From: a virus
Lineage: Duplodnaviria; Caudoviricetes
DNA: 58,827 bases
Direction: 5' to 3' (one strand)
Virus record (IMG/VR): IMGVR_UViG_3300021500_000001
Location: 1 to 58,827 of that record
Below, one piece after another: positions 45,728 through 56,923 of this stretch; the stretch's first letter is position 1; every line of letters begins with the position of its first letter. The notes below the pieces were generated by a model. It was given only the letters and a program-made list of their open reading frames with translations, was not told where the DNA came from and searched no databases. The translations under genes and the position numbers were made by a program.

Positions 45728-48700
45728 ATGGCATCTATTATAAATTGTTTCAAAATACATAAGAACCTATTCACGGTTGAAGAAAAAAAGGCTTTGCGCT
45801 TAGAATCCGGCAAGCTGGCGACAGAGAAAAAAATATCGTTCAAAGATGCCATGGTGCAGATTGTAACAGCCCACAGGGACGAACTTCAGGCCGAGTATGA
45901 CAAAATAATTGATGTTGTAAGAAAACATTACAAGTTGCCTGAGAAAGCAGTAGCTAAAGCTGAAGTTCCAAAAGCTAAGCCTGAGAAAAAAGAACCCTGG
46001 GAAACCTCCGACTTAGCTAACAATCCCAACATTCCTATTAGTTATGTCCAAGCCAAGAAGCAAGCGAACGGAAAATATAAGCTCTTCTTTACCGGAACTA
46101 CATCGGAAGTTTTTGAAGGCGAACTTTTTGCCTCGGCTAAAGAGGCACGATCATTCTTTAAAGCTCAACAAGCGAAGGCACAAGAGGCTGCGTCTAAAAA
46201 AGAAGTTGCCCCGGAAGTTCCGAAAGAAATAATTGCCAAAGATACTATTAATGGCAAGCAATATGAGTACAGGGTAGCAAAGATTAAAGATACTGAAACC
46301 CCTCAACTTACACATCATATTGAAATGCGACCTGTAGGTTCCAAAAATTGGGAATCGGCTCTGGTAGGCAAAGCAACATCAAGAAAAAATGCTATCAGAT
46401 TCTTGGCCGAGAGATACCACAGGGTAGGCAAAGATATCGCCGATCTTGAAGTTTTAGACCCTACGCTCAAAAAGTTTGTAGATGAAGAAATAAAAATAAA
46501 GGAAGAAAGGGCTGAAAAGGCAAGAAAGGCTGAAAAGGCAAGAAAAGAAAAAGAAGAAGTTGCCCAAACTGAACGTCAAGAGCGGCAAAGATTTATAGAT
46601 AAGGTTAATAAAGAGAAAATAACAGGCAAAAAAACAACGATTTCAATAAAATCAGACACAGAAGAATCGCTAAGAATAGATGCTGTTGTGTTTGGCGATT
46701 ACGCTGTTCATAACAGTCTTGGGACACAGGGATATACTGTAACACACATACCATCAGCTCTTAAAATCTTTAGCACTGATACATTAAAAGAGGCTCGAAC
46801 TGCTGCAAAAACATTTTTTCTTTATGCTGATAAAATGCTGGCAGATAAAAAATCGATGTCCAAAGAAAGCATTTCAAAGCTGAAGGAATTAGTGAAAATC
46901 TTTACCAAAGGGGAAGCCATACCGGATTTTGTAAAAAAGATCGAATCTAAAACGGCGGCAAAAAAAGAGGCAAAGCCTACCGCAAAAAAAGCAGTAGGGC
47001 AAAGAAGCAATAGGAAGGGCGTTGAATTTTATAATCCATTTAATGTAAAAACTCGGAATAAAGTAATTGAAGGTAAACTTAACTCCGCAGGAGAAGTGAG
47101 ACAGGGTTACCGTGACGGCTTTTTTACCCAAGGACATTATGCCGTAAAATTACCTGAAGCACCCAAAACTAAAAAACCATTGTTAAAAGGGAAAGATGTC
47201 CCTGATATTCTCAGTATTGTCCCCAGCAAAACAACGGATGCACATTTTGTCGGTGAGCTTAAAGCAAGCGAATCAACTGTTACCCTTGCTCATGCCGTGG
47301 CGCCTGGTATACAAGATTGTTTTTTTAACGCCAATTATATTGACATTATTCTTACAAGATATCCTGATGCAAAATTCAGTATTGGCCCGAAGGTATACAA
47401 CGGACGATATAACGGACGACTTGGAATTTTTACTGTAGATAAGGATGTTGTCGGTCTTGTTATGTCAGCTCATGTTGATGCCAACGAGATGTTGGATGAA
47501 ATACAAAAAATAAAGAATAAAGAAAGTGGTATCAAGCTACCTGTTGCAGAAGCCGGGGAAGCAGAAGGGCGGGGATTATATGGAGAAAGGACTGGACCCA
47601 AAAAAGAACAGCCTTCGCCTGAAATCAAACCTATTAAAATTAGCGCACAAGCTGAGCGTAGGATTAATACATTAGCTGATAAGAAAAATTTAACTGTTGC
47701 GGATTTGAGCGATCCTCAAAAAGGACTTGATCCAATCGTCCAAGGTAATCCCATTGGTGCCTTAAAGTATGCTGAAGAGCAAGCCGGAAGAGACTGGGAA
47801 GATCAAAACTTCAAAAGAAATTTTGGCAAAATTGCAAAATATATTGAAAGAAAATGGCCTACTATCAAGGAACCTGAAGCCGAGTATACAGTAGCAGAGC
47901 CCAAGCATTTAACAAAAAAAGAACTATTAGAGAAAAAACGCCTTTTCCGAAAATATGGCGCAAAAATTAAAGGGAATAAAGTCATTTTGTACCGTGGAGG
48001 GGATGTCCCAAAAAGTCAATTAAAAAAATTAAGATATGGAGATTATTTATCTGCTTCAGGCAAAGGCCCCGATATTACAGGAAATGAGGGAGCTGATGCA
48101 TATGGGAAAAATGTAGTTCGCTTTGAATTACCTGTCACTGACGTAGAAGTGACAGGGGCCGGGGAATTCCAATACAAAGGCAGATCGGCATCTCTTGAAA
48201 AAGGTGGAAGGAAATATCCTATTGCAATATACAAAGCATATAATGATTATCACGGGTCTAATTTTACGGCAGAAGAAATAGATAAAGAAGATGATGTAAG
48301 AAGGGCTGCATCTATGGCTTTGCCGGGTGGCCGTGAGGAATTTGATGCACTTATGGCTAAACATCTGAAAGAAAAAGATGGTTTGGGTATCAAGGAATCT
48401 GAAGCCAAGTATGTAGTAGCAGAACCCGAGCCATCCATGTACTCAGCTCTTACTCGTGCAGCCGAATCTCAAAGATTTCCAGCTAAGTTACCTGCCAAGT
48501 CCATCATAAATCGTCTCAAAAAAGCCCCTGGCGTAAAGCAAGCTGAAATAGATGCCGTGGGCCTCGCTGAATGGCTGGAGGGCAAAGAGAAGGTAGCTAA
48601 AGATGATTTGGTGAATTTCTTGAGGATGAATGAAATTCGGGTTGAGGAAGTTGAGAAAGGTGCTCTTGATATAAAACTAAAAGATATAAAAGTTAATTTT

Positions 48701-51700
48701 CGCCAACCATCTACTACCCAAAGATATGCAACAGTTACATATAATGGTAAAAATATTTATGGAGGAGAAATTGAAGTAGGTTTAAATGAATCTGAAGAAA
48801 GTGTAAGGCTTAATGCAAAAAACTGGTTGTTAGAACCGGATCAACGTGGTACTGCCACAGAGATAACAGATTTGCCCAAATTCTCCGAGTATACTCTCCC
48901 CGGCGGTGAGCCTGGTAGTTATCGGGAGTTAATTCTTAAAGTACCTATAGATATTGTTCGGCAAAAGCAATACAGCAAAGCAAAATCCGAATGGTTTGAT
49001 AGGCACATGGGGCCACAACCAACAGAAGAAGAAGTTGAGCAAAGTGATTTTTTTGATGGAAGAATTTTAGATGAGGCATTGGAAGAATTAAGAGAGGATA
49101 TAAAAACAATACCTCAATCAGTAACCTACAAATCTCCCCACTGGGAGGACGAGCTCAACGTAATAGCCCACATCCGAGGCGATACTCGTACAGTAGACGG
49201 CAAACGAATCTTTCATATAGCTGAATTTCAGAGTGATATTTATAGCCGGATAGTTGAACTCGAAGCCATTGAGTCCCCCACTGATACTCGGGAAAAAGAA
49301 CTTGCCAACCTAAAAAAGCTCTTCCCCTGGGGCGGAAACTGGCACGAACTCGTATCCAAGAAAGCCATTGAGTATGCCATACGGAATGGCTTTGACGGCA
49401 TTTCATGGGATACTGCTAAGACACAGGTTGACCGGTGGGAAAGTGCGCTAAGGAAGAGTGTTGATACAATAGGTTGGAGAAAAATATCAAAAAGAGATCA
49501 GGTCCGAATAACTGGTGTTAAAAACGGAAAAAGTGTTTTTAGTAACTTGATCTCTCTCTATGGCGAAACCACAATAAGCGGTCAGCGTGTAACCCTCAAT
49601 AATCTCATAGGTAAAAATCTTGCTAATAAAATCCGGGAATCCTCTAAGACTACAGGTAGTTTTGAAGGAGAAAATCTTACTATTGGTGGGGAGTTCTATA
49701 AAATTCTCTATGATCAAAGAATCCCTGGCTTCTTAAAAAAGTATGGGAAAAAGTGGGGAGCAAAAGTCGAAATAGATAGCCTGGAAACCGGGCAATATAG
49801 AGTAGATGAAGCAGGCGGCGGAAGATTCAGGATTGTTCGTGGTGATGGATACGTATTTGAAGACAGCACTGGAGACCAGTTATTATTTAATACAGAAAAA
49901 GAAGCTACTGAGTACATTGACAGCCAAAAATTTAAAAATATTCATTTCATGGAAATAACTCCCCGTATGCGCCAAGCCATTCAGACCTATGGCCAGGCTA
50001 TTATGGAGCCCGCTGGCGAATACAGACAATCCGAAATCGATTTAGCCTTTGGAGGTAAAAAGAAAGCAGATGAAGCAATCGAATCAGTCGCAAAGAAAGT
50101 CGATTTTATATCCAGAAGAAGAGTGCCGGATCGGGGTCGGGTGGACAAATCAGGGTCCACGTCCAAAGTTGCTGAAGAAATCAGGAAAAACAAGCGTGTG
50201 GATCTTACAGGGAGAAAGCTCACAAAAGGAAAAGAGTCACAAGAAATAGCCGAACTTTTCCAGGTCTATCGTTCTCCCAAAATGGAGATATTGCATGCTA
50301 TCTATACCGCTGAGGACGGAACTATTCTGGCCCACAATGCCATAACTTCCGGCCAAATAAATTATATTCAGCCAGAGAATGCGGCACAGTGGATTTATAA
50401 ATTAAAATCTGCTGCTGAGCGTTTAGGTGCCTCAAAAATACATTTCTTACACAATCATCCATCCGGCAATCCTGCTATGAGCGAAGAGGATATCGCCCTG
50501 GCAAATATGCTGCACCGTAAAAAAATAGGCAAAGATTTGATGGGTGAATTTGTTGTCATAGACCATGGTAAATATTCATTCATACCAAGATATGATGCCG
50601 GAGCGTTATGGGCTGAAGAAGGAACCTATAAGGTTCTCCCCGGCACTGGTGAATGGATGCTCAGGAAGGGGCCTAAATTAACCGGGCCAAAGGTAGTGGC
50701 GGCCTTTGGCAATAGCCTCTCTCATGATAAATCGAAGGCATGTTTTGTTTATGTCGATAACAATAATAACGTTATGGGCTGGTCTGCCCATGACAATACA
50801 ATATTAAAGAAAAGCGTCCCTGAGCTTGAGAAAGTTTTAAGACAGCAAGCAAGAGCACATGGTGCAAAAAGGACTGTAATTATAGCAGAGGACATGGCAT
50901 TGTTTGAGCCGATTGCCGAGCATGGGGATGTGGGAGACTGGTTGCTGGATGCATTGGATGCCAAGGGAAAAAGTTTAAGAGAAACTGTTCCGAAGGCATT
51001 TGAAATAAAAATGCGGCCAATAAAATCGGCAAGGGTATTGTTTTCAAAAAAACCTTTGCATGGTAAGGGTCTCACAACATCAGATGCTCGCCAAGAACTT
51101 GTTGAACGCTTAGGGGAAAAAGCGACAAATACCCTTCTCACAAAAGGGCTTGTGCGACTTATCACAAAAGAAGAAGCAGACAGAAAAAAGGGTTATACTC
51201 TTCCATCCAATATCCAAGGATTTTATACAGATGGAATTTCATATCTGGTTACAGATAATATTTCCCCGAGGAGAGTATGGAATGTATTGATGCATGAGCT
51301 TGGAGTTCACCTTGGGTATAACAAAATCTTTGGTGAAAAACTCGCCAAGGAAGTCTTCAGGGCTTTTGTAGAGAATAATGGGAAAAAGACTCCATTGGGC
51401 AGGGCCGTAAGCCGAGCTATGGGTAGAGTACCTTACGGAACACGTGCGGACCTTGTTAATGAGGAAGCTGTGGCTTATTTCATTGAAGATCATGCCAATA
51501 TAAATCTGCCCTTGTACCGGAAAATTATTGCACGCATGCGGTTATGGGCTGTTAAGTATCTTGGTGTCAAACCTGATGTTTTTGTGATGGATGATTATGT
51601 GGCACTAGCCGCAAGTGCTATGAGAGGGGAAATTAGAGAAGCTTATAAGGCGCCTGTGAGAGCAGGGGAAAGCCGGGAGGTATTTTATTCTACTAAAGCA

Positions 51701-54700
51701 TGGCACGGAGGTCCTTACGCCTTTGATAAATTTCAAGTGGAAAAAATAGGCGAGGGCGAGGGTGCCCAGGCATTCGGCTGGGGTCTATATTTTACTGACA
51801 AGGAAGATATCGCTCGCAGTTATGCGGAAATGGCTAAGAGTAAATTTTTGCTATTTGATGGCAAACAAATAACGTATGACGATTTAGCTAACAAAATTAG
51901 CAAAAAATATGGTAAACAATATGAAGACCTTATATCTAGGATAATATATGATTTTAAATCTGGTTATCTAGCTGATGACATTCTGGAGCACGTAAAACAA
52001 TTTAGGGCATCTGAATATGGTATAGCAAAAGAAATAGTCGAAAAAATGGAACATATATCATTAACGGATGTTAATAGATGGACAGTAAAAGTAGGTGGAG
52101 GTATAAAAACCGAAAACAAGATGTCGGAAAAGGAACGTTTAGCATTATTTGATATACAGGGGCGCATAGGTTGGTACAAAGAAAATGTAAAAAATCCGTT
52201 AGAAAAGGTTAAGAGTGAGCTGGAGCGGACAGTCTCAGCGCATAAGGAAAGAAAACTGAAGGCGGATAGGGAAGACTTGCGCAAAATAAACAAAATAATA
52301 AATAATGCACAGGCTGGACTTGATGTAATTAAAAAATATAATCTTAGCGTTACTTTTAATAAACCTATAAGGAATCTTTACAAGGTAACGCTTCATAAAG
52401 GTAAAACGCCTGATGAATATGATTATTTGAGTTGGGAAGATAGCATAAGCAAAAAAGAATTAAGTAAAGTAATGTCTCAGGCTGAAAAAGAAGGAATTGC
52501 AAAAGATCTACATGGAATAGTAACTAAAGAAGATTCAGAAAAACGAAATAAGCCAAATTTGAAAAGTAAATATGCTACGCCTGAAGTTATAGCTGCTACA
52601 AAAAATGCAGGATATGGATATCAGGACTTAACACTAGCTGTTGAAAACGATGAAAATGCTTATCTTTCCATTATGGAAAATTTCCCCGAAATGGTAGAAG
52701 ATGAAGAATGGGCTGAAAAAGTAGTAGTGGATATTTTTGGAACCGAGACTCTAACATCTCCATCTGATGGCGAAGCTTTATACCGAAAGATAAGCGAAAT
52801 ATTAGGCTCAGATAAAGAAGCTTCACTATTTCTTCTCCGAGCCGGTATTGATGGGATAAAATATCCGGCAGGAATTTTAAGCGGTTACGAAGAAGAAGGC
52901 GTATTTAATTATGTAGTCTTCGACGAGAATGCCATTACTATAGATGAGCACATTCGCTACTCTATAGCAGAGAAAAAGGACCTCCAGTCCTGGGCCGATG
53001 ATCTTATTAAAAGTGCAAAAGACCCAAGTTTTATCCTTGATACTCAGAAAGCATCCCCTGAAAAGATCAAAGAATCATCCATTAAAATATTGGCTGATCT
53101 TGATTTTGAAAAGCTGAGTCAGCCTGCTAAATCCTTTTTGGCGGGCATGAGTCCGAAAGGCAAGGGAGCGGGAGCAGCTATTGAGAAATGGCTGGCCTCC
53201 CCGGAATGGTACCAGCACCCGGTTCTTAAAAAGATCGTTGGACATGCCCTGAATAAAGCTGAAAAATTCCATACTACATTTAATGAATTCAATGCTGTAG
53301 ATGATCCTTTTGCTGAATACGATACAGTAGCAAAAACTCTTGAAGCTCTGGCCCGAAAGGGTGGAATAAGTAAAGCTGCCTTTACCCTGGGCCGAACCTC
53401 AGCCGATTTCAAAAAACTTGAAGCTCTCCTGGATGATGCCGATGTATATGGCGAAAAACACACAGTCGAAGAACTAAGGAAAAAAGGATATAGTGAAGAT
53501 GTAGTACATGCATGGTCGATTGTCAGGGAATCTTACGATAAGCAACTCGATGCCCTGATTAAACCGATGAAGGACCTTGTTGCCAAAATTAAGGAACAGG
53601 CTGCTTTTATGGGGACCGAGCCTGTATATCCCGACTTCGGTGATTTTATTATCGAAGGCAAAAAACGTAGACTCACCCTGAAAGAGGCTGTTATGGAGAT
53701 GGGCCGTTACAAGGGAACATACTCTCCTCGTATCCGGGATCGGGGGGCATGGGTAGTTACCGGAAAGAAAAAGGGTGTTATCTCGGAGGGCGGGGACGAA
53801 TATGTACGTTATAATAGGAAAACAAAAAGCTTTGCCAATCTTTTGAGAGATAAATTAAAAAAGGAAGGCTTTACCGATATTAAAGTTGAAAAAGAATCAA
53901 GACTCCCTGAAGAAACTTTCCAAGCTGTTCGTATGGCCGAGATGGGAGCTATAATCGAACATGCAGCCTCAAAAGGACTTGATAAATATGATGATAAAAT
54001 GCAAATGGCCTTTATGGACGAAATTATTACGGCATCCGCTGACCTGATCAAGTCCAGGGGTGCAAGGGCCACTATGATTCGCCGTAGGGAAGGAGCCGCT
54101 ATCAAGGGATATATAACTAACCCCTTAACAAGATTTATAAGATACACGGGGACCAATGCGGCAGGCATAGCCAAAAAAGAAATGGCCGAACGCATGATTA
54201 GGGATTTATACGGTACTTATGTGAACGGCAAAAAAGTTGGCGGTATTGATGTAGCAAAAGAGAGTGAGGTTCATTCCCTTGCAAGAGCATATGTCGAAGA
54301 ACAGTTGAGGAATACTGAAACCGGAGACCGGATAATCGGGGTAATGAAGGCACTTACTACTTTCAAGTTTTTAGGCTTCAACCCACGGTCTGTCCTGGTT
54401 AACATATCGGCACTTGCAACATCCGTACCAATATCTTTACATACTTATATTATGGATGGCAAAGGGAGCCTCCTGAAGGTTGGCAAAACTTTATCTAAAA
54501 GCTGTAAAGATTATACAAAGATTATGGCCGGGAAGCGCCTCGCAAATGTGGATGAGCAAACTTTCATCGATGAATTCAGAGCAAGTGGTTACACTAATGC
54601 TCAATATACAAGAGACGCTATAGGAAATGTTCAGGGAGCTTATGGAACGGCATGGGCGAAACTTATGGGCGGATCAATGTATGTGTTCGGCAAGTCTGAA

Positions 54701-56134
54701 GAGTGGGTGCGTGGAGGGACTGCTCTGGCTGCTTATAGATTATGCCGAAAGCAAGGTCTCTCTCATACTAAGGCAAGCACCAAAGCGATAGAAGCAACTG
54801 CTAAAGCCCATGGCACTTATGGGAAAGAAACCCTGTCGATGATAGCCTGGGGTAAAGGGGTAGGGCGCCTTGGGCAAGCATTTTATACTTATATGAAATT
54901 CCCACACAACTACCTTCAGATGCTCTATGACGCCGGTATCAGGAAGAAAAATATCAAGGGTGTCATATTCGGCATGGCCGCTCCTGCAGTACTCGGCGGG
55001 ATAGCGGCGGTCCCGATGTATTCAACTATTATGGCCATAGCAAATGCCTTAATGTCTGCGATAGACGATGATCGTGACGCAGAAAAATTAGTATATGATA
55101 CCATCAATGAATATATAGGTAAAACAGGGGAAGAAACTATAAGGGGCGGTATCCTTGGCCTTCTTGATGTTGATATATCAGGGTCGTTGGCTATGGGGCC
55201 AGGGGCTATACCTACAAGCCTGTTTGAGTTAACGGGTGCGGTTGGCGGCATGGCAGAAGATATTTATAAGGGCGTTGGTTATGCAGTAGAAGGTGAGTAT
55301 GGAAGGGCCTTTGAAAAATTGACGCCGAAGGTCATAGGAAATATTGCTCTTGCTATTAGAGAAACAAGGGAAGGTGCGACAACAAGTAAAGGTAACAGAG
55401 TGTGGGACGAAGAAGGCAGACCTTATATGCCGACATTGAGTGAAACAGTTAAGAGGGGCCTCGGCTTTCGGTCCGCTCGTAGGGCATTACTTACTCAATC
55501 AACTTGGGTCTCGAAGCGTGAGGAGCAAAGATTCAAAAAAACACGATCCGACATTTATAGAAAAATCAAATACCTGACAGCAGGGTCAGAAAATGTTATA
55601 ATAAATAAAGAAGTAGGAGATGAAATCAGCAAATATAATAAAAATGCGTTAAAGACTAGTAATGTACCGCTTATTACTCCAGCGTCCATCGAACTTCAAA
55701 TGGAAAGGATGAGGACCCCGACGACGAAACAGAAAGTCAGAGTCACAGGTTGTGAGAGAGCTACAATGTTTGAGGGCGATATATGGGCAGGGGCTTTAGG
55801 TGTCGTTGATGAAATGGACGAAACGCAAAGCGAAGTTAAAAGGTTGTCGGACGCTGGTATCCTTAAATATTCGGCTCCGCCTTCCAGGAACATAAACGCC
55901 GGATATGGTATAAAGGTTAAGTTGGATGATGACCAGTATAGACGGTATGTAGCAGACACAAGTGCAATAATCAAAGAGGCCGTTGATCGGTTAACACATC
56001 GTTCGGAATGGCGAAGGTGGAACGACAAGAAAAAAGCTTTTGCGATTAAAACAGTGATTAATAAGGGACGGAAAATTGTTAGAGATCGTCTCAAAATAAC
56101 AATATTGAGAACAAAATTAGAGAGAGGTAAATAA
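45728..56134 (+). CDS. Giant polyvalent ejection-type protein (ART-like x2, JAB/RadC, zincin-like, LPD modules, hydrophobic C-terminus)
   Basis: LYRG..DYLS..EFQY (about 47981-48180); EFQSD module (about 49223); HNHPSG..S..D (50450); HELGVH (51293); WHG..GWGLYFT..GIDGIKY..NYVVFD (51701-52925). Confidence 0.85.
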   Translation: MASIINCFKIHKNLFTVEEKKALRLESGKLATEKKISFKDAMVQIVTAHRDELQAEYDKIIDVVRKHYKLPEKAVAKAEVPKAKPEKKEPWETSDLANNPNIPISYVQAKKQANGKYKLFFTGTTSEVFEGELFASAKEARSFFKAQQAKAQEAASKKEVAPEVPKEIIAKDTINGKQYEYRVAKIKDTETPQLTHHIEMRPVGSKNWESALVGKATSRKNAIRFLAERYHRVGKDIADLEVLDPTLKKFVDEEIKIKEERAEKARKAEKARKEKEEVAQTERQERQRFIDKVNKEKITGKKTTISIKSDTEESLRIDAVVFGDYAVHNSLGTQGYTVTHIPSALKIFSTDTLKEARTAAKTFFLYADKMLADKKSMSKESISKLKELVKIFTKGEAIPDFVKKIESKTAAKKEAKPTAKKAVGQRSNRKGVEFYNPFNVKTRNKVIEGKLNSAGEVRQGYRDGFFTQGHYAVKLPEAPKTKKPLLKGKDVPDILSIVPSKTTDAHFVGELKASESTVTLAHAVAPGIQDCFFNANYIDIILTRYPDAKFSIGPKVYNGRYNGRLGIFTVDKDVVGLVMSAHVDANEMLDEIQKIKNKESGIKLPVAEAGEAEGRGLYGERTGPKKEQPSPEIKPIKISAQAERRINTLADKKNLTVADLSDPQKGLDPIVQGNPIGALKYAEEQAGRDWEDQNFKRNFGKIAKYIERKWPTIKEPEAEYTVAEPKHLTKKELLEKKRLFRKYGAKIKGNKVILYRGGDVPKSQLKKLRYGDYLSASGKGPDITGNEGADAYGKNVVRFELPVTDVEVTGAGEFQYKGRSASLEKGGRKYPIAIYKAYNDYHGSNFTAEEIDKEDDVRRAASMALPGGREEFDALMAKHLKEKDGLGIKESEAKYVVAEPEPSMYSALTRAAESQRFPAKLPAKSIINRLKKAPGVKQAEIDAVGLAEWLEGKEKVAKDDLVNFLRMNEIRVEEVEKGALDIKLKDIKVNFRQPSTTQRYATVTYNGKNIYGGEIEVGLNESEESVRLNAKNWLLEPDQRGTATEITDLPKFSEYTLPGGEPGSYRELILKVPIDIVRQKQYSKAKSEWFDRHMGPQPTEEEVEQSDFFDGRILDEALEELREDIKTIPQSVTYKSPHWEDELNVIAHIRGDTRTVDGKRIFHIAEFQSDIYSRIVELEAIESPTDTREKELANLKKLFPWGGNWHELVSKKAIEYAIRNGFDGISWDTAKTQVDRWESALRKSVDTIGWRKISKRDQVRITGVKNGKSVFSNLISLYGETTISGQRVTLNNLIGKNLANKIRESSKTTGSFEGENLTIGGEFYKILYDQRIPGFLKKYGKKWGAKVEIDSLETGQYRVDEAGGGRFRIVRGDGYVFEDSTGDQLLFNTEKEATEYIDSQKFKNIHFMEITPRMRQAIQTYGQAIMEPAGEYRQSEIDLAFGGKKKADEAIESVAKKVDFISRRRVPDRGRVDKSGSTSKVAEEIRKNKRVDLTGRKLTKGKESQEIAELFQVYRSPKMEILHAIYTAEDGTILAHNAITSGQINYIQPENAAQWIYKLKSAAERLGASKIHFLHNHPSGNPAMSEEDIALANMLHRKKIGKDLMGEFVVIDHGKYSFIPRYDAGALWAEEGTYKVLPGTGEWMLRKGPKLTGPKVVAAFGNSLSHDKSKACFVYVDNNNNVMGWSAHDNTILKKSVPELEKVLRQQARAHGAKRTVIIAEDMALFEPIAEHGDVGDWLLDALDAKGKSLRETVPKAFEIKMRPIKSARVLFSKKPLHGKGLTTSDARQELVERLGEKATNTLLTKGLVRLITKEEADRKKGYTLPSNIQGFYTDGISYLVTDNISPRRVWNVLMHELGVHLGYNKIFGEKLAKEVFRAFVENNGKKTPLGRAVSRAMGRVPYGTRADLVNEEAVAYFIEDHANINLPLYRKIIARMRLWAVKYLGVKPDVFVMDDYVALAASAMRGEIREAYKAPVRAGESREVFYSTKAWHGGPYAFDKFQVEKIGEGEGAQAFGWGLYFTDKEDIARSYAEMAKSKFLLFDGKQITYDDLANKISKKYGKQYEDLISRIIYDFKSGYLADDILEHVKQFRASEYGIAKEIVEKMEHISLTDVNRWTVKVGGGIKTENKMSEKERLALFDIQGRIGWYKENVKNPLEKVKSELERTVSAHKERKLKADREDLRKINKIINNAQAGLDVIKKYNLSVTFNKPIRNLYKVTLHKGKTPDEYDYLSWEDSISKKELSKVMSQAEKEGIAKDLHGIVTKEDSEKRNKPNLKSKYATPEVIAATKNAGYGYQDLTLAVENDENAYLSIMENFPEMVEDEEWAEKVVVDIFGTETLTSPSDGEALYRKISEILGSDKEASLFLLRAGIDGIKYPAGILSGYEEEGVFNYVVFDENAITIDEHIRYSIAEKKDLQSWADDLIKSAKDPSFILDTQKASPEKIKESSIKILADLDFEKLSQPAKSFLAGMSPKGKGAGAAIEKWLASPEWYQHPVLKKIVGHALNKAEKFHTTFNEFNAVDDPFAEYDTVAKTLEALARKGGISKAAFTLGRTSADFKKLEALLDDADVYGEKHTVEELRKKGYSEDVVHAWSIVRESYDKQLDALIKPMKDLVAKIKEQAAFMGTEPVYPDFGDFIIEGKKRRLTLKEAVMEMGRYKGTYSPRIRDRGAWVVTGKKKGVISEGGDEYVRYNRKTKSFANLLRDKLKKEGFTDIKVEKESRLPEETFQAVRMAEMGAIIEHAASKGLDKYDDKMQMAFMDEIITASADLIKSRGARATMIRRREGAAIKGYITNPLTRFIRYTGTNAAGIAKKEMAERMIRDLYGTYVNGKKVGGIDVAKESEVHSLARAYVEEQLRNTETGDRIIGVMKALTTFKFLGFNPRSVLVNISALATSVPISLHTYIMDGKGSLLKVGKTLSKSCKDYTKIMAGKRLANVDEQTFIDEFRASGYTNAQYTRDAIGNVQGAYGTAWAKLMGGSMYVFGKSEEWVRGGTALAAYRLCRKQGLSHTKASTKAIEATAKAHGTYGKETLSMIAWGKGVGRLGQAFYTYMKFPHNYLQMLYDAGIRKKNIKGVIFGMAAPAVLGGIAAVPMYSTIMAIANALMSAIDDDRDAEKLVYDTINEYIGKTGEETIRGGILGLLDVDISGSLAMGPGAIPTSLFELTGAVGGMAEDIYKGVGYAVEGEYGRAFEKLTPKVIGNIALAIRETREGATTSKGNRVWDEEGRPYMPTLSETVKRGLGFRSARRALLTQSTWVSKREEQRFKKTRSDIYRKIKYLTAGSENVIINKEVGDEISKYNKNALKTSNVPLITPASIELQMERMRTPTTKQKVRVTGCERATMFEGDIWAGALGVVDEMDETQSEVKRLSDAGILKYSAPPSRNINAGYGIKVKLDDDQYRRYVADTSAIIKEAVDRLTHRSEWRRWNDKKKAFAIKTVINKGRKIVRDRLKITILRTKLERGK

Positions 56135-56135
56135 T

Positions 56136-56558
56136 ATGGCAGGCTCAGCTACTATAATATTCAGCAAGATCGACACCCCTTATACTGGCACTCATGGGCT
56201 GGTCAAGGTACATATTGCGTGGGTCGGAGATTCTGGCGATGGCTCGGTGCCGGAAACGGCTTTTGATTCAACTGATACCGTTGATATCCTTGGCAGATAT
56301 TGTGCCTTGGGAGTAACGGTCCCGGATGACACTGCTGCTCCATCTGATAACTACGACATTGAGATACTTGATGAATATGGGTGCGATATTTTTGGTGGTG
56401 AACTCCAGAACAGGGATACCGCTAACACGGAGCAAGCTGTGCCAAAGATCGGTAATGCTTATGGAACTCGGCTATGTGCTGGAGGAATGACCTTTAAATT
56501 GACAAATAATACGGTCGGTTCGGCAAAGGGCGAATGTATATTATATTTTGAAATGTAG
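56136..56558 (+). CDS. Virion structural protein
   Basis: Beta-rich; P..NYDI.I.DE.G.D. Confidence 0.6.
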   Translation: MAGSATIIFSKIDTPYTGTHGLVKVHIAWVGDSGDGSVPETAFDSTDTVDILGRYCALGVTVPDDTAAPSDNYDIEILDEYGCDIFGGELQNRDTANTEQAVPKIGNAYGTRLCAGGMTFKLTNNTVGSAKGECILYFEM

Positions 56559-56716
56559 GAGGATGCCGTTATGGGCATGGGTGACCCTGAAGATTGTTAT
56601 CCGATAATTTTAAGAACTCATCTTTCAAACAGTTGTGTAGGTAGACATGGCTTTCGTCTTTATTGTTGTTATCTGCCTCCTGTTTAAAATATAGAAAATA
56701 AAAAAGGAGTAATACT

Positions 56717-56923
56717 ATGAGCCAAGAAGGAAGAAGAAACACAATATTAGGGATAGCCGGTCTGATCAGGTCAATCGCAAGTATAAAAGACAGCGTTATT
56801 CGGGCGAAGGCCGATGGTCAGATTGATAAAGAGGAAGCCCTTGGACTTTTTGGAGAACTGGCTGAAGCTATCATAATAAATGGATTAGAGGTCGCTTTAT
56901 CGGCGGCCGAAAGTAGGAACTAA
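56717..56923 (+). CDS. Hypothetical protein, possible lysis accessory
   Basis: AAGGAG RBS; ADGQID..E. Confidence 0.6.
   Translation: MSQEGRRNTILGIAGLIRSIASIKDSVIRAKADGQIDKEEALGLFGELAEAIIINGLEVALSAAESRN

Noticed and set aside
15359-56094. Numerous 60-230 aa minus-strand ORFs inside structural genes (e.g. 21499-22179, 25240-25830, 41817-42323)
   Set aside because: They are antisense shadows of well-supported plus-strand genes, with no motifs or RBS noticed
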